Of a stretch of DNA of 64,000 nucleotides, positions 30,062 to 39,675 are shown one piece after another (within the stretch, counting starts at the first letter, position 1; each line of letters opens with the position of its first letter). The DNA lies in NCBI GenBank assembly GCA_048623775.1, contig JBMCXW010000005.1:6533-70532 (forward strand), written 5' to 3'. This stretch comes from Myxococcota bacterium (GTDB taxonomy: Bacteria; Myxococcota_A; Polyangia; Polyangiales; Houyiibacteriaceae). Below the pieces are notes generated by a model. That model was given only the letters and a program-made list of their open reading frames with translations. It was not told where the DNA came from and did no database searches. The position numbers and the translations under genes were made by a program.

Positions 30062-32080
30062 ATGTCCGCGCAACGGGAGCTCGACGCGCTGGCCGTCAAC
30101 ACGATCCGTGGCCTGTCGATGGATGCGGTCCAGGCGGCCAAGTCGGGGCATCCGGGCACGCCGATGGCCCTGGCGCCGCTCGGTTGGGTCCTGTTCTCGC
30201 GTGTCCGACGTCACGATCCGGCCCACCCCGAATGGCCGGACCGGGACCGGTTCGTGCTGTCGTGCGGGCATGCGTCCATGCTGCACTACGCGCTGCTGCA
30301 CCTGGCGGGCTACGACCTGTCGCTCGACGACATCAAGGCGTTTCGCCAGTGGGAGAGCCGGACCCCGGGCCATCCGGAGGTGCATCACACGCCGGGCGTG
30401 GAAACCACGACCGGTCCCCTCGGGCAGGGGATCGGCAACGCGGTGGGCATGGCCATGGCCGAGCGCCACCTGGCCGCCCGCTTCAACCGGCCCGACCACA
30501 CCCTCTTCGACCACCACGTGTGGGTCATCGCCTCCGATGGCGACCTGATGGAGGGGGTGTCCTCGGAGGCCGCGTCGCTCGCCGGCCATCTCGAGCTCGG
30601 CAAGCTGGTGGTGTTCTGGGACGACAACAAGATCACCATCGACGGGCGCACCGATCTCGCCTTTTCCGAAGACGTGCTGCGGCGATACGAGGCCTACGGC
30701 TGGCACGTGCAGAGCGTGGAAGATGGCAACGACATGGCCGCCCTCGAGCGGGCGGCCGAGGCCGCACGGTCGGAGCCACGGCCGAGCCTGATCCGCGTGC
30801 GTACCATCATCGGATTCCCCGCCCCCAACAAGCAGGACACGGCGGCCGCGCACGGCGCCCCCCTGGGCGACGAGGAGGTGGCGGCGGCGAAGAAGGCCAT
30901 GGGTTGGCCGGCGGGGCTCTTCCACGTTCCGGCCGAGCTCGAGAAGGCGGCCGAGCAGATGCGCAGCCGCGGCGCGGGCTGGTTCGAAGAATGGGCCGCC
31001 AAGGTGGATGCGTACCGCCGCGCCCATCCGGAGGAAGCCCGGGAGCTCGACCGCGTGCTCGCAGGCGAGCTTCCGGAGGGGTGGGACCGCGACCTGCCCG
31101 AGTTCGAGGCCGATCCGAAGGGCATGCCGACCCGCAAGGCGAGCGGGAAGGTGCTCGCGGCGCTCGCGCCGCGCCTGCCCGAGCTGTGCGGCGGGTCCGC
31201 CGATCTGACGGGCTCCAACAACGTGGAGCTGCCCGGGGCCGCCACCTTCGTCGGGGCCGGAGAGGGCGAGGTGCCGCGGGCGGTGCACTGGGGGGTGCGC
31301 GAGCACGCCATGGGGGCCGCGGTGAACGGCATGGCGCTCCACGGGGGTGTGATCCCCTTCGGCGCCACCTTCCTCATCTTCAGCGATTACATGCGGCCGA
31401 GCCTGCGCCTGGCCGCCCTCATGGGGGTGCCCACGCGCTACGTGTTCACCCACGACTCCATCGGCCTGGGCGAGGACGGGCCGACGCACCAGCCCATCGA
31501 GCAACTCGCGAGCCTGCGCGCGATCCCCGGGCTCACGGTGCTGCGCCCTACCGATGCCAACGAGGTGCGCGAGTGCTGGAAGCTCGCGCTCGAGCGACGC
31601 GGGCCGGCGGCGCTCGTGCTCTCGCGCCAGAACGTGCCCGTCATCGACCGGGCGCGGTACGCCTCCGCGTCCTATGCCCGGCGCGGTGCCTACATCCTGG
31701 CGGACGCCGAGAACGAGGTGGAGGTCATTCTCCTCGCCACGGGCAGCGAGGTGGCCGTCGCTCTCGAGGCGAGGGACCTGCTCGAGGCCGAAGAGATCGG
31801 CACCCGCGTCGTCAGCATGCCCTCGTGGGAGCTCTTCGAGGAGCAGGACGAGGGCTACCGCAAGCGGGTGCTGCCTCCGTCGGTGTCGGCGCGGGTCGCG
31901 GTGGAGGCGGGCGTCCGGATGGGATGGGACCGCTGGGTGGGGCCGCGCGGCAGCTTCGTCACCCTCGAGCGCTTCGGTGCCTCGGCACCCGCGCCCGTGA
32001 TGTACGAGAAGCTCGGAGTCACCCCGGCCCGCGTGGCCGAGGTTGCCCGCGACACCATCGCGCGTGCTCGCGGTCGCTGA
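30062..32080 (+). CDS. tkt: Transketolase
   Basis: [62 protein letters not shown]. Confidence 0.98.
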   Translation: MSAQRELDALAVNTIRGLSMDAVQAAKSGHPGTPMALAPLGWVLFSRVRRHDPAHPEWPDRDRFVLSCGHASMLHYALLHLAGYDLSLDDIKAFRQWESRTPGHPEVHHTPGVETTTGPLGQGIGNAVGMAMAERHLAARFNRPDHTLFDHHVWVIASDGDLMEGVSSEAASLAGHLELGKLVVFWDDNKITIDGRTDLAFSEDVLRRYEAYGWHVQSVEDGNDMAALERAAEAARSEPRPSLIRVRTIIGFPAPNKQDTAAAHGAPLGDEEVAAAKKAMGWPAGLFHVPAELEKAAEQMRSRGAGWFEEWAAKVDAYRRAHPEEARELDRVLAGELPEGWDRDLPEFEADPKGMPTRKASGKVLAALAPRLPELCGGSADLTGSNNVELPGAATFVGAGEGEVPRAVHWGVREHAMGAAVNGMALHGGVIPFGATFLIFSDYMRPSLRLAALMGVPTRYVFTHDSIGLGEDGPTHQPIEQLASLRAIPGLTVLRPTDANEVRECWKLALERRGPAALVLSRQNVPVIDRARYASASYARRGAYILADAENEVEVILLATGSEVAVALEARDLLEAEEIGTRVVSMPSWELFEEQDEGYRKRVLPPSVSARVAVEAGVRMGWDRWVGPRGSFVTLERFGASAPAPVMYEKLGVTPARVAEVARDTIARARGR

Positions 32081-32089
32081 CCCTCTGGA

Positions 32090-33781
32090 TCAATCCGCGC
32101 GGTGGGCGATCTCCGGCGGGCGCTTGAAGAACGCGTTGCGATCGGGATCGTTGAAGCGCTCGTATTCGATGCGCCACGGCCGGATGGTCGTCTCGGTCCC
32201 GTCGTGCTCGAGGGTCATGGCCATCGGGGTGACCGACCGGTAGCTCGAGTCCACCGGCAGGTCCTCGTTGTGCAGGCCGCCCGCCGAGAACAGCGTGATG
32301 AGCAGGATGTTGCCGTCGTCGTAGGTGCGGCGGAACCCCTCGTTCACCTTCTCGTGGCCGCGGACCAGGGTGTGGCACCCGAGGCGCTGCAGGAAGGCCG
32401 TGGCCTGCAGCCGCCCGAAGGGGAAACGGGCGGACTGCTCCTGCAGCTCGGCCGGGATGACGTCGACCGTGCTCGGGTCGCTCCACATCATCTGGAAGCG
32501 GATGTCGGGGTCGTTGAGGGTGGACAGGTCCTGCCATCGCTCCCTGAGGAGCCGGTCGCGGGGGATTCCGCCGTGCACGAACAGGTGCTTCCCGAACAGG
32601 AGCATGTTCGGCATGGTCTCGAACAGCGCGATGTAGTGCCGGAAGGTCTCGATGGGCAGGTGGGGCTTGAGCGTGTTGATGGCCTCGGCCGGCTTGACGC
32701 CCCCGAACACCTGTCCCTTGTACTCGAGATAGTATTCGTGGTTGCCGCGCAGCACGTACACGTGCTCGGGGGCCGTCACGAGCATCTGCAGCACGGTGCG
32801 GAGCACCCCGTTGAGGCTGAAGAGCCCGCGGTCGATGTAGTCCCCCAGCAGCACCAGGAGGGGCTTGGGATGCTTGGCCGGCTCGTTCCGGTAGGCCGCC
32901 ACCTTGTCGAAGAAGTTGGTCTGCAGGGTTGCGGCCTTCAGGTTCGAGTAGCAGCCGTGCAGATCACCGAGCACCGTCAGCTCGTACCGCTGCCCCGGCT
33001 CCACGGGGTGCCAGTGCACGTGCCCGTCCAGGAAGGGCCCTTCGCCGGCCAGCTCCGCCGTGGTGGTCTTGCCGGTGAGCTTGCCTGCCCCGGCGCGGGC
33101 CTGCTCCTCGAAGAGCCGGATGGCCCGGCTGATGAGCTCCTGGTCTGCCGCGATCTGCTTCAGGAGCTTGTCGCGGTCGGCGGAGTAGTGGAACTCGAAC
33201 TGATCGAAAAAGGGGTGCCGGTCCCGCACGGGGGGAAGCGCGGCCGTCTCCGCCACGTGCACGCGCTTCTGCCCCTCCGGGTCGTCCACCAGCTCGACCT
33301 CGAGATCGGCCTCGAGCAGCTCGGCCAGCTCGCCCCGGAACTTCACCTCGGCGGGGTGGACCTCTCCGTCGGCCTCGATGAGGTCGTCGATCGTCTCCAT
33401 GAGCGTCTCCTGGCTCTGCCGGTCGAAGCTCTGGAAGATCTCGAAGCACCGCTGCTTGAGCTTGGCGTGCACGAACGCGTCCTGGTCCTCGTCCCGTGCC
33501 ACGGCCTCCGTGAACAGGTCGCGCACGTGCGCGTCCACCCCCTCGAACACTTCGTGGAAGTGCGTGGTGAAGCGCTGGACGAGGTCGCGGCGCATGGACT
33601 CGTCGGCGTGGGGCATGCCGGTGCGCACCCGGTGCTCCACGAGCTTGCGGATGTACTCTCGGACGAACTCCTTCTCCGAGGCGTCGAAGTCCCCGTCGAT
33701 GTACCCGAACGTGGTGAGGTAGAAGATGATGGCGTGCATCTGCCGCTCTGCCACGTTCGGATCGCCGCTGAAGGTGAGCAT
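32090..33781 (-). CDS. TerB-like domain fused to a PPP-family Ser/Thr protein phosphatase
   Basis: N-terminal IDGDFDASE and ADGEVHPAE (TerB-like). PPP motifs GDLHG, GDYIDRG, LRGNHE, HGGI, WSDP, RGHE, TLFSA. Confidence 0.88.
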   Translation of the reverse strand: MLTFSGDPNVAERQMHAIIFYLTTFGYIDGDFDASEKEFVREYIRKLVEHRVRTGMPHADESMRRDLVQRFTTHFHEVFEGVDAHVRDLFTEAVARDEDQDAFVHAKLKQRCFEIFQSFDRQSQETLMETIDDLIEADGEVHPAEVKFRGELAELLEADLEVELVDDPEGQKRVHVAETAALPPVRDRHPFFDQFEFHYSADRDKLLKQIAADQELISRAIRLFEEQARAGAGKLTGKTTTAELAGEGPFLDGHVHWHPVEPGQRYELTVLGDLHGCYSNLKAATLQTNFFDKVAAYRNEPAKHPKPLLVLLGDYIDRGLFSLNGVLRTVLQMLVTAPEHVYVLRGNHEYYLEYKGQVFGGVKPAEAINTLKPHLPIETFRHYIALFETMPNMLLFGKHLFVHGGIPRDRLLRERWQDLSTLNDPDIRFQMMWSDPSTVDVIPAELQEQSARFPFGRLQATAFLQRLGCHTLVRGHEKVNEGFRRTYDDGNILLITLFSAGGLHNEDLPVDSSYRSVTPMAMTLEHDGTETTIRPWRIEYERFNDPDRNAFFKRPPEIAHRAD

Positions 33782-33869
33782 GGGGCGATGGTATCAGACC
33801 CCTTGCCCTTGAAGCGGTGGGGCGGGGCGCCTAGATCGCGAGCCGCCGGCCCCGCATGGGCTTGCGTCC

Positions 33870-33888
33870 GCAAATGAAATTCATTATC
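33870..33888 (+). promoter_or_regulatory. Fur box overlapping the feoA promoter
   Basis: GCAAATGAAATTCATTATC matches GATAATGATAATCATTATC at 15/19. AT-rich island in high-GC DNA, inside TTGCGT-N17-TATCAA, directly upstream of feoA. Confidence 0.85.
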
Positions 33889-33896
33889 AATCACGG

Positions 33897-34181
33897 GTGA
33901 GCCGGATGGAGCAAACCCTGGGGCAGCTCCCCGTGGGTGCGCGCGGTGTGGTCGCGCGGGTGGACTGCGAGCGTCCAGTGGCTCGCCGGCTCATGGAGAT
34001 GGGCCTGCTTCCCGGCACCCCGGTCGAGGTGGTCCGGGTGGCGCCCCTGGGCGATCCCATCGAGATCCGAGTCCGCGGCTACGCCCTTTCCCTGCGCCGT
34101 CGCGACGCGGTGCAGGTGGTGGTGGGCGGCGTGGAGGCCGCCCGCGAGGCTCCCACCGCCGTCCGGGAGGAGGTCGCATGA
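33897..34181 (+). CDS. feoA: Ferrous iron transport protein A
   Basis: RRLMEMGLLPGTPVEVVRVAPLGDPIEIRVRGYALSLRR. Confidence 0.95.
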   Translation: MSRMEQTLGQLPVGARGVVARVDCERPVARRLMEMGLLPGTPVEVVRVAPLGDPIEIRVRGYALSLRRRDAVQVVVGGVEAAREAPTAVREEVA

Positions 34182-36430
34182 CCACGGCGCCGGCGCCCGC
34201 CGCCGAGCGCGCCCAGAGCCCCGAGCCCACCCGCCGCCGGCGTCCGGACCGGCCGGTGGTGCTCGTCGCGGGGAACCCGAACGCCGGCAAGACGACCCTC
34301 TTCAACGCCCTGTCGGGGGCCCGGTCGCGCGTGGGCAACTACCCCGGCACGACCGTCGATCGCCGAACCGCGAAGCTGGCCTTGCCCGCCGGTGAGACGG
34401 TCGAGCTGGTGGACATCCCTGGCACCTACAGCCTGAGCGCCCGGTCTCCCGAGGAGCAGGTGGCGGTGGACGCGGTGTTGGGCCGCAAGGGGCCGTGGCC
34501 GGACGCCGTCGTGGTGGTGGCCGACGCCACGGCCCTGGCCCGCAACCTGTACCTCTCCCTGCAGATCGCCGAGACGGGGGTCCCCCTCGTCGTTGCTCTC
34601 AACATGATGGACGAGGCGCGGGCGGCGGGGCTCGAGATCGACGCGGCCGAGATCGGCCGCCGGCTGGGTGCGGAGGTGGTGCCGGTGGTCGCATCGCGGG
34701 GCCACGGCCGGCAGGCGCTGCTGCAGGCCGTGGAGCGCGCCGTGCACCGTTCGGCCCCCACCGGCGAGGCGCCGGACGTCCCTTACGATCCGCCCGTCCT
34801 CGAGGCCGCGCTGCGGACGGAGCCCGAGGTGGCGCGGTGGCTCGGCGAGCTGCCCGCCGGCCCCCGCCGGGCCTGGGCGCTGTGGTGCCTGTTGTCGCTG
34901 GGCGACGACGAGCTGGAGGACGTGCCCCAGGCGGTGCGGCGGCGGGTGGAGGAGGCCCGCCGCGAAGCTGCGGCCGAGGGCGTCGACCTGGATGTGGCCA
35001 TCATCGCCAGCCGCTACCGCTGGGTGGACGAGGCGGTGGCGGCGGCGGTGAAGCGTCCCGAAGAGCCCCGCCGCACGGTGACCGACCGGCTCGACGCGGT
35101 GCTCACCCATCCCGTGCTCGGCTTCGCGGCGTTCGTCGCGGTCATGCTCCTGGTGTTCGAGGCCCTCTTCTCGTGGTCCGAGCCGGCCATCGGGTTCATC
35201 GAGGACCAGGTGGCGGCCCTGCAGGGGCTGGTGTCCGGAGTCATGGCGGCGGGCCCGCTGCGCGATCTGCTGGTGGACGGGGTCATCGCCGGGGTGGGCA
35301 ACGTCATCGTGTTCGTCCCGCAGATCGCGCTCCTGTTCCTGTTCATCGGCTTCCTCGAGGATTCGGGGTACCTGGCCCGGGTCGCCTTCGTCATCGATCG
35401 GATCATGTCCAGCGTGGGGCTCCACGGCCGAGCCTTCGTGCCGTTGCTCTCGGGCTTCGCCTGCGCCGTGCCGGCCGTCATGGCCACCCGCACCATCGAA
35501 AGCCGGCGCGATCGCCTGGTGACCATGCTCGCGCTGCCGCTCATGTCCTGCAGCGCGCGCCTTCCCGTCTATGTGCTCGTGATCGCCACCGTGTTCGCCG
35601 GCGCGGCCCGGGTCGGTGGCGTGCTCAGCGCGGGTGCCGTGGCCCTGCTCGGCATGTACCTCCTGTCGGTGGCGGCCACCCTCGGGGCCGCGGCGGTCCT
35701 GCGACGCACCGTGCTGCGGGGCCCCCGCCCCACGCTCGTGCTGGAGCTGCCCCCCTACCGGCTGCCGCTGGTGTCCAACCTCGTGCGCACGACCTGGCAG
35801 CGGGTGCGGACTTTCCTGGTGGATGCCGGCACCATCATTCTGGCCCTCACGATCGTCATGTGGGCCCTTTTGTCGTTCCCCAAGAGCCCGGAGGTGGCGG
35901 CCCGGTACGATGCCCGCCGGGCCGAGATCGTCCAGACGGTCCCCGCTTCCGAGCGCGACGATGCGCTCGTTCGCCTCGAGGGGGAGCGGCAGGCGGCGCA
36001 GCTCGAGCGCAGCGTGGCGGGGCGCGTGGGGCGTTTCATCGAGCCGGCCCTCGAGCCGCTGGGCTTCGACTGGCGGATCGGCGTGGGCATCCTCGGTGCG
36101 TTCGCCGCCCGGGAGGTCTTCGTGTCCACGTTGGGCATGGTCTTCGGCATCGGAGAGGCGGACGAGGCGAGCGAGCCCCTGCGCACCGAGCTGCGTCAGG
36201 CCACCCGTGCCGACGGATCGCCCCTGATGACGCCGCTCGTGGGGGTGTCGCTGATGGTGTTCTTCGTGCTCGCCTGCCAGTGCATGAGCACCATCGCCGT
36301 GGTCCGGCGGGAGTCGGGCTCCTGGAAGTGGCCCCTGCTCATGTTCGCTTACATGACGGTGCTGGCGTACCTGGGCTCGCTCCTGGTGTTCCAGGTGGGC
36401 ACGGCCCTCGGGCTCGGGGGTGGGGCGTGA
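34178..36430 (+). CDS. feoB: Ferrous iron transport protein B
   Basis: GNPNAGKTTLFNAL, VGNYPGTTV, DIPGTYSL, LNMMD, LEDSGYLARVAF, GFACAVPA, MSCSARLPVY. Confidence 0.98.
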   Translation: MTTAPAPAAERAQSPEPTRRRRPDRPVVLVAGNPNAGKTTLFNALSGARSRVGNYPGTTVDRRTAKLALPAGETVELVDIPGTYSLSARSPEEQVAVDAVLGRKGPWPDAVVVVADATALARNLYLSLQIAETGVPLVVALNMMDEARAAGLEIDAAEIGRRLGAEVVPVVASRGHGRQALLQAVERAVHRSAPTGEAPDVPYDPPVLEAALRTEPEVARWLGELPAGPRRAWALWCLLSLGDDELEDVPQAVRRRVEEARREAAAEGVDLDVAIIASRYRWVDEAVAAAVKRPEEPRRTVTDRLDAVLTHPVLGFAAFVAVMLLVFEALFSWSEPAIGFIEDQVAALQGLVSGVMAAGPLRDLLVDGVIAGVGNVIVFVPQIALLFLFIGFLEDSGYLARVAFVIDRIMSSVGLHGRAFVPLLSGFACAVPAVMATRTIESRRDRLVTMLALPLMSCSARLPVYVLVIATVFAGAARVGGVLSAGAVALLGMYLLSVAATLGAAAVLRRTVLRGPRPTLVLELPPYRLPLVSNLVRTTWQRVRTFLVDAGTIILALTIVMWALLSFPKSPEVAARYDARRAEIVQTVPASERDDALVRLEGERQAAQLERSVAGRVGRFIEPALEPLGFDWRIGVGILGAFAAREVFVSTLGMVFGIGEADEASEPLRTELRQATRADGSPLMTPLVGVSLMVFFVLACQCMSTIAVVRRESGSWKWPLLMFAYMTVLAYLGSLLVFQVGTALGLGGGA

Positions 36431-36603
36431 TCTGGCAGCAGGTGGGAGTTCTGGTCATCGTGGGCGCCGCGGTGGCGTATTTGGTATGGAAGATGACGGC
36501 GGGCAGCCGCCCGGGCCGCCGCCCCCGGAAGCCGGACGTGCCCGCCTCTCGCCTCCGCAGGGGCCGGGAGGGCCGGCGGCGAGGGGCTTCATCCGATCGC
36601 TGA
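36427..36603 (+). CDS. Small FeoB-associated membrane protein
   Basis: GTGA overlap with the feoB stop. IWQQVGVLVIVGAAVAYLVWK TM helix plus a basic tail. Confidence 0.65.
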   Translation: MIWQQVGVLVIVGAAVAYLVWKMTAGSRPGRRPRKPDVPASRLRRGREGRRRGASSDR

Positions 36604-36667
36604 GGCACCGTAGGGCGAAGTGAGGGCTGTGCGAAAGGGACCTGGGGTACTACAATTGGGCGCAACG

Positions 36668-37660
36668 GTGTCTCATGCTCCTCCCACCGTCGACGAGGCC
36701 GTCGAGCTCGCGGAGCAGATCGAGCCGACGCCGCTCCCCCGTGGCTGGCGTCGCGATCCGGCGCGCCAGTTTCGCGTGCGGCATTTCGCCGGACCGCAAG
36801 ATCACGCCGAGCGGCTGACCCACGTGCGGGTGGCGCACCTGACCGACTTGCACGTCGGGCGGGTGACGCCGATGCGGGTGCAGGAGACGGCGGTGCAGCT
36901 CACCAACGTGGAGCGCCCCGACCTGGTGGTCATCACGGGGGACTTCGTGTGCCACAGCCAGCTCTACCTGGACGAGCTGAGCGCCGTGGTTGCCGCCTTC
37001 GACGCGCCGGTCATCGCCGTGCTCGGCAACCACGACCACTGGTCGGGGGCCAACGAGGTGCGGTGGGCCCTGCGGCGCGGCGGTGCCGAGGTTCTCGACA
37101 ACCGCCACACCGTGATCAGCATCCGGCACCAGCGCCTGCAGGTGCTCGGGCTGGACGACGCGTACACGGGCCACGCCGCGTGGCGGGAGGCGGTGAAGGG
37201 GCTGCGGAAGGACCTTCCCACCCTCGGTCTGTCGCACATCGCCGAGGAGGCGGACGCGTTGTGGGAGCACCGGGTGCCGCTGGTGCTCTCCGGGCACACC
37301 CATGCCGGCCAGGTCACCCTGGCGCGCTTGCACGAGCTGGCCGTGGGGCGGCTGGCGGGCCACAAGTACGTTCACGGCCTCTACGGCGCCCGCCGGCCGG
37401 ACAACGGCGGCCCCCCCCGCGAGGGGGCGGTGTACGTCGGTGCGGGGGTCGGAGCGGCGGTCGTGCCGCTCCGCATCGGCGAGCGGGCGCGGCGGGAGAT
37501 CACCATCTTCGAGCTCGGGCACGAGCCGGGGGCCTTCGAGGAGCACCACGACGAGCAGCCCGCGCTCAAGGGCCGCAAGCCGTCGCCGCGCAAGCGGTAC
37601 CTGCGGCACACGGCCGTGGTGAAGAAGGCCCGCCGCCGGGGCGAACGCTCCCAGGGGTGA
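36668..37660 (+). CDS. Calcineurin-like metallophosphoesterase (YkuE-like); start approximate
   Basis: HLTDLH, ITGDFV, VLGNHD, LSH, LSGHTHAGQ. Confidence 0.9.
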   Translation: MSHAPPTVDEAVELAEQIEPTPLPRGWRRDPARQFRVRHFAGPQDHAERLTHVRVAHLTDLHVGRVTPMRVQETAVQLTNVERPDLVVITGDFVCHSQLYLDELSAVVAAFDAPVIAVLGNHDHWSGANEVRWALRRGGAEVLDNRHTVISIRHQRLQVLGLDDAYTGHAAWREAVKGLRKDLPTLGLSHIAEEADALWEHRVPLVLSGHTHAGQVTLARLHELAVGRLAGHKYVHGLYGARRPDNGGPPREGAVYVGAGVGAAVVPLRIGERARREITIFELGHEPGAFEEHHDEQPALKGRKPSPRKRYLRHTAVVKKARRRGERSQG

Positions 37661-37670
37661 GGGGCAAGGC

Positions 37671-38840
37671 TCAGCCCGTCTGCTCGGCCACGCGGTCGGC
37701 CACCCGCTCGCCCAGCGCGAGCGCCGCGGTGAGCCCCGGCGACTCGATGCCCAGGAGGTGCACGACGCGGCCCGGCTCCTCGGCCAGGACGAAGTCGCGG
37801 AAGCCTTCGCCGGGGCCCTGCAGCTTGGGCCGCACACCCGCGTAGTCGGGGGTGAGGTGCTCCGGGCGCACCCCGGGCAGGTACCGCGCCACCGCTTCCG
37901 CGAAGGGCGTGGCCGCAGCCGGATCCACCGCGTAGTCCACCTCTTGCACGTAGCGGGCGTCGGGTCCGGCGATGCACCGGCCCCCGAGGTCGGTCGTCAG
38001 GTGGACGCCCAGGCCGGCGGTCGCCGGCACCGGGTACACCAGGGCGGTGCGGGGTCGCGGCGCGTCGGGCGCCAGGGCGAAGTACCGACCCTGGCACGGG
38101 TGCTGGCGCCAGCCGCGGGCGGCCACGTTCACCCCGGCCAGGGCGGCGATCCGGTCCGCCGAGAGGCCTGCCGCGTTGACGACGGTGCCCGCACGCACGG
38201 AGTAGGCTTCTCCGTCGGCGGTGGCCGCCGTCACCCGGACGTGACCCGGGCGGGAGGAGATCTCCCGCACCGCGCTGCCCCAGGCGACCTCCGCGCCGTG
38301 CGCACGGGCATCTGCGAGGAGGCTGGCCACCAGCGCGTGGGCATCCACCAGGCCCGACTCGGGCGACCACAGGGCGGCCACCGCCTCGAGGGCGGGATCC
38401 CGGCGCCGCACCTCACGGGCCTCGAGCAGCGCCAGCTCGCCCGCGCCGTTCGCGCGCCCCTGCTCCGCCAGCTCCTGCAGGCGTGGCGTTTCCGCGGGGG
38501 TCGTGGCCACCACCAGCTTGCCCGTACGGCGATGGGGGACCTTCCGCGCCTCGCACCAGCGGTACAGGCGCTCCCGCCCCTCCACGCAGAGGACGGCCTT
38601 GAGCGAGCCCGGCGGGTAGTACAGGCCGGCGTGCACGACACCGCTGTTGCGGCTCGAGGTCTCGCGGCCCGGCCCGCCGTGTCGCTCCACCAGCACCACC
38701 GAACGCCCTCGCCGGGCCGCGGCGGCGGCGCAGGCGAGGCCCACGGCGCCGGCCCCCACCACCAACACGTCCACGTCCGGGGTCGATGCGCGGTAGAACC
38801 CACCCTTTCGGCGCGGCTCGGGGCGGCCATGCTGGCCCAT
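37671..38840 (-). CDS. FAD-dependent oxidoreductase, L-2-hydroxyglutarate oxidase-like (start uncertain)
   Basis: VLVVGAGAVG, TSSRNSGVVHAGLYY, VNAAGL.AD, YAGVRPK, GIESPGLTAAL. Confidence 0.88.
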   Translation of the reverse strand: MGQHGRPEPRRKGGFYRASTPDVDVLVVGAGAVGLACAAAAARRGRSVVLVERHGGPGRETSSRNSGVVHAGLYYPPGSLKAVLCVEGRERLYRWCEARKVPHRRTGKLVVATTPAETPRLQELAEQGRANGAGELALLEAREVRRRDPALEAVAALWSPESGLVDAHALVASLLADARAHGAEVAWGSAVREISSRPGHVRVTAATADGEAYSVRAGTVVNAAGLSADRIAALAGVNVAARGWRQHPCQGRYFALAPDAPRPRTALVYPVPATAGLGVHLTTDLGGRCIAGPDARYVQEVDYAVDPAAATPFAEAVARYLPGVRPEHLTPDYAGVRPKLQGPGEGFRDFVLAEEPGRVVHLLGIESPGLTAALALGERVADRVAEQTG

Positions 38841-38868
38841 GGGCCCGCGGGAGGGCACCATGGGTGCC

Positions 38869-39666
38869 ATGACCGACGGAGTGTTTCGGAGCGATCTTCT
38901 CGAGGGCAAGGTGGCGCTGGTGACCGGTGGCGGCTCCGGGATCTGCAAGGGCATCGCCCGCGCCTTCATGGCCCACGGCGCGGACACCGCGATCGTGGGT
39001 CGCAAGCAAGACCGCCTGGAGGCATCGGCGGAGGAGCTCTCCTCCACCACGGGCCGGCGGTGCTTGGCCGCGGCGGGCGACGTGCGGGACCCGGAGTCGG
39101 TGCGGTCGGTGGTCGAGCGAACCCTGGAGCGGTTCGGACGCATCGACGTCCTGGTCAACGGGGCGGCGGGCAACTTCCTGGCACCGGCGGCCCAGCTCTC
39201 CTCCAACGGGTTCAAGACCGTCCTGGATATCGACACGGCAGGAACCTACAACGTGTCCCGGGCCGCCTTCGACGGCTACCTCCGCGAGCACGGGGGGCAC
39301 ATCCTCAACATCTCCGCCACGCTGCACTACGCGGCGACCCCGCTCCAGGTGCACGCATCGGCCGCCAAGGCGGGCGTGGACGCCATCACCCGCACGCTGG
39401 CGGTGGAATGGGGGCAGCTCGGGATCCGGGTCAACGGCATCGCCCCCGGCCCCATCGCCGATACCGAGGGCATCTCGCGGCTGGCGCCCGGGGACGTCAA
39501 GGAGCGGATGGAGCAGGCCATCCCCATCGGGCGCATGGGGCGGATCGACGAAATCGCCGCGCTGGCCCTGTTCCTCGTGTCGCCCGCCGCATCCCTCATC
39601 CACGGAGAGACGGTGGTCGCCGACGGTGGCGCCTGGCTCGTCGGGACGGCCTTCGCGCGAATGTGA
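38869..39666 (+). CDS. SDR, 2,4-dienoyl-CoA reductase-like
   Basis: VTGGGSGI, VNGAAGNF, LSSNGFKTVLDID, HASAAKAGVD, IAPGPI. Confidence 0.88.
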   Translation: MTDGVFRSDLLEGKVALVTGGGSGICKGIARAFMAHGADTAIVGRKQDRLEASAEELSSTTGRRCLAAAGDVRDPESVRSVVERTLERFGRIDVLVNGAAGNFLAPAAQLSSNGFKTVLDIDTAGTYNVSRAAFDGYLREHGGHILNISATLHYAATPLQVHASAAKAGVDAITRTLAVEWGQLGIRVNGIAPGPIADTEGISRLAPGDVKERMEQAIPIGRMGRIDEIAALALFLVSPAASLIHGETVVADGGAWLVGTAFARM

Positions 39667-39675
39667 GCCCGCGGC

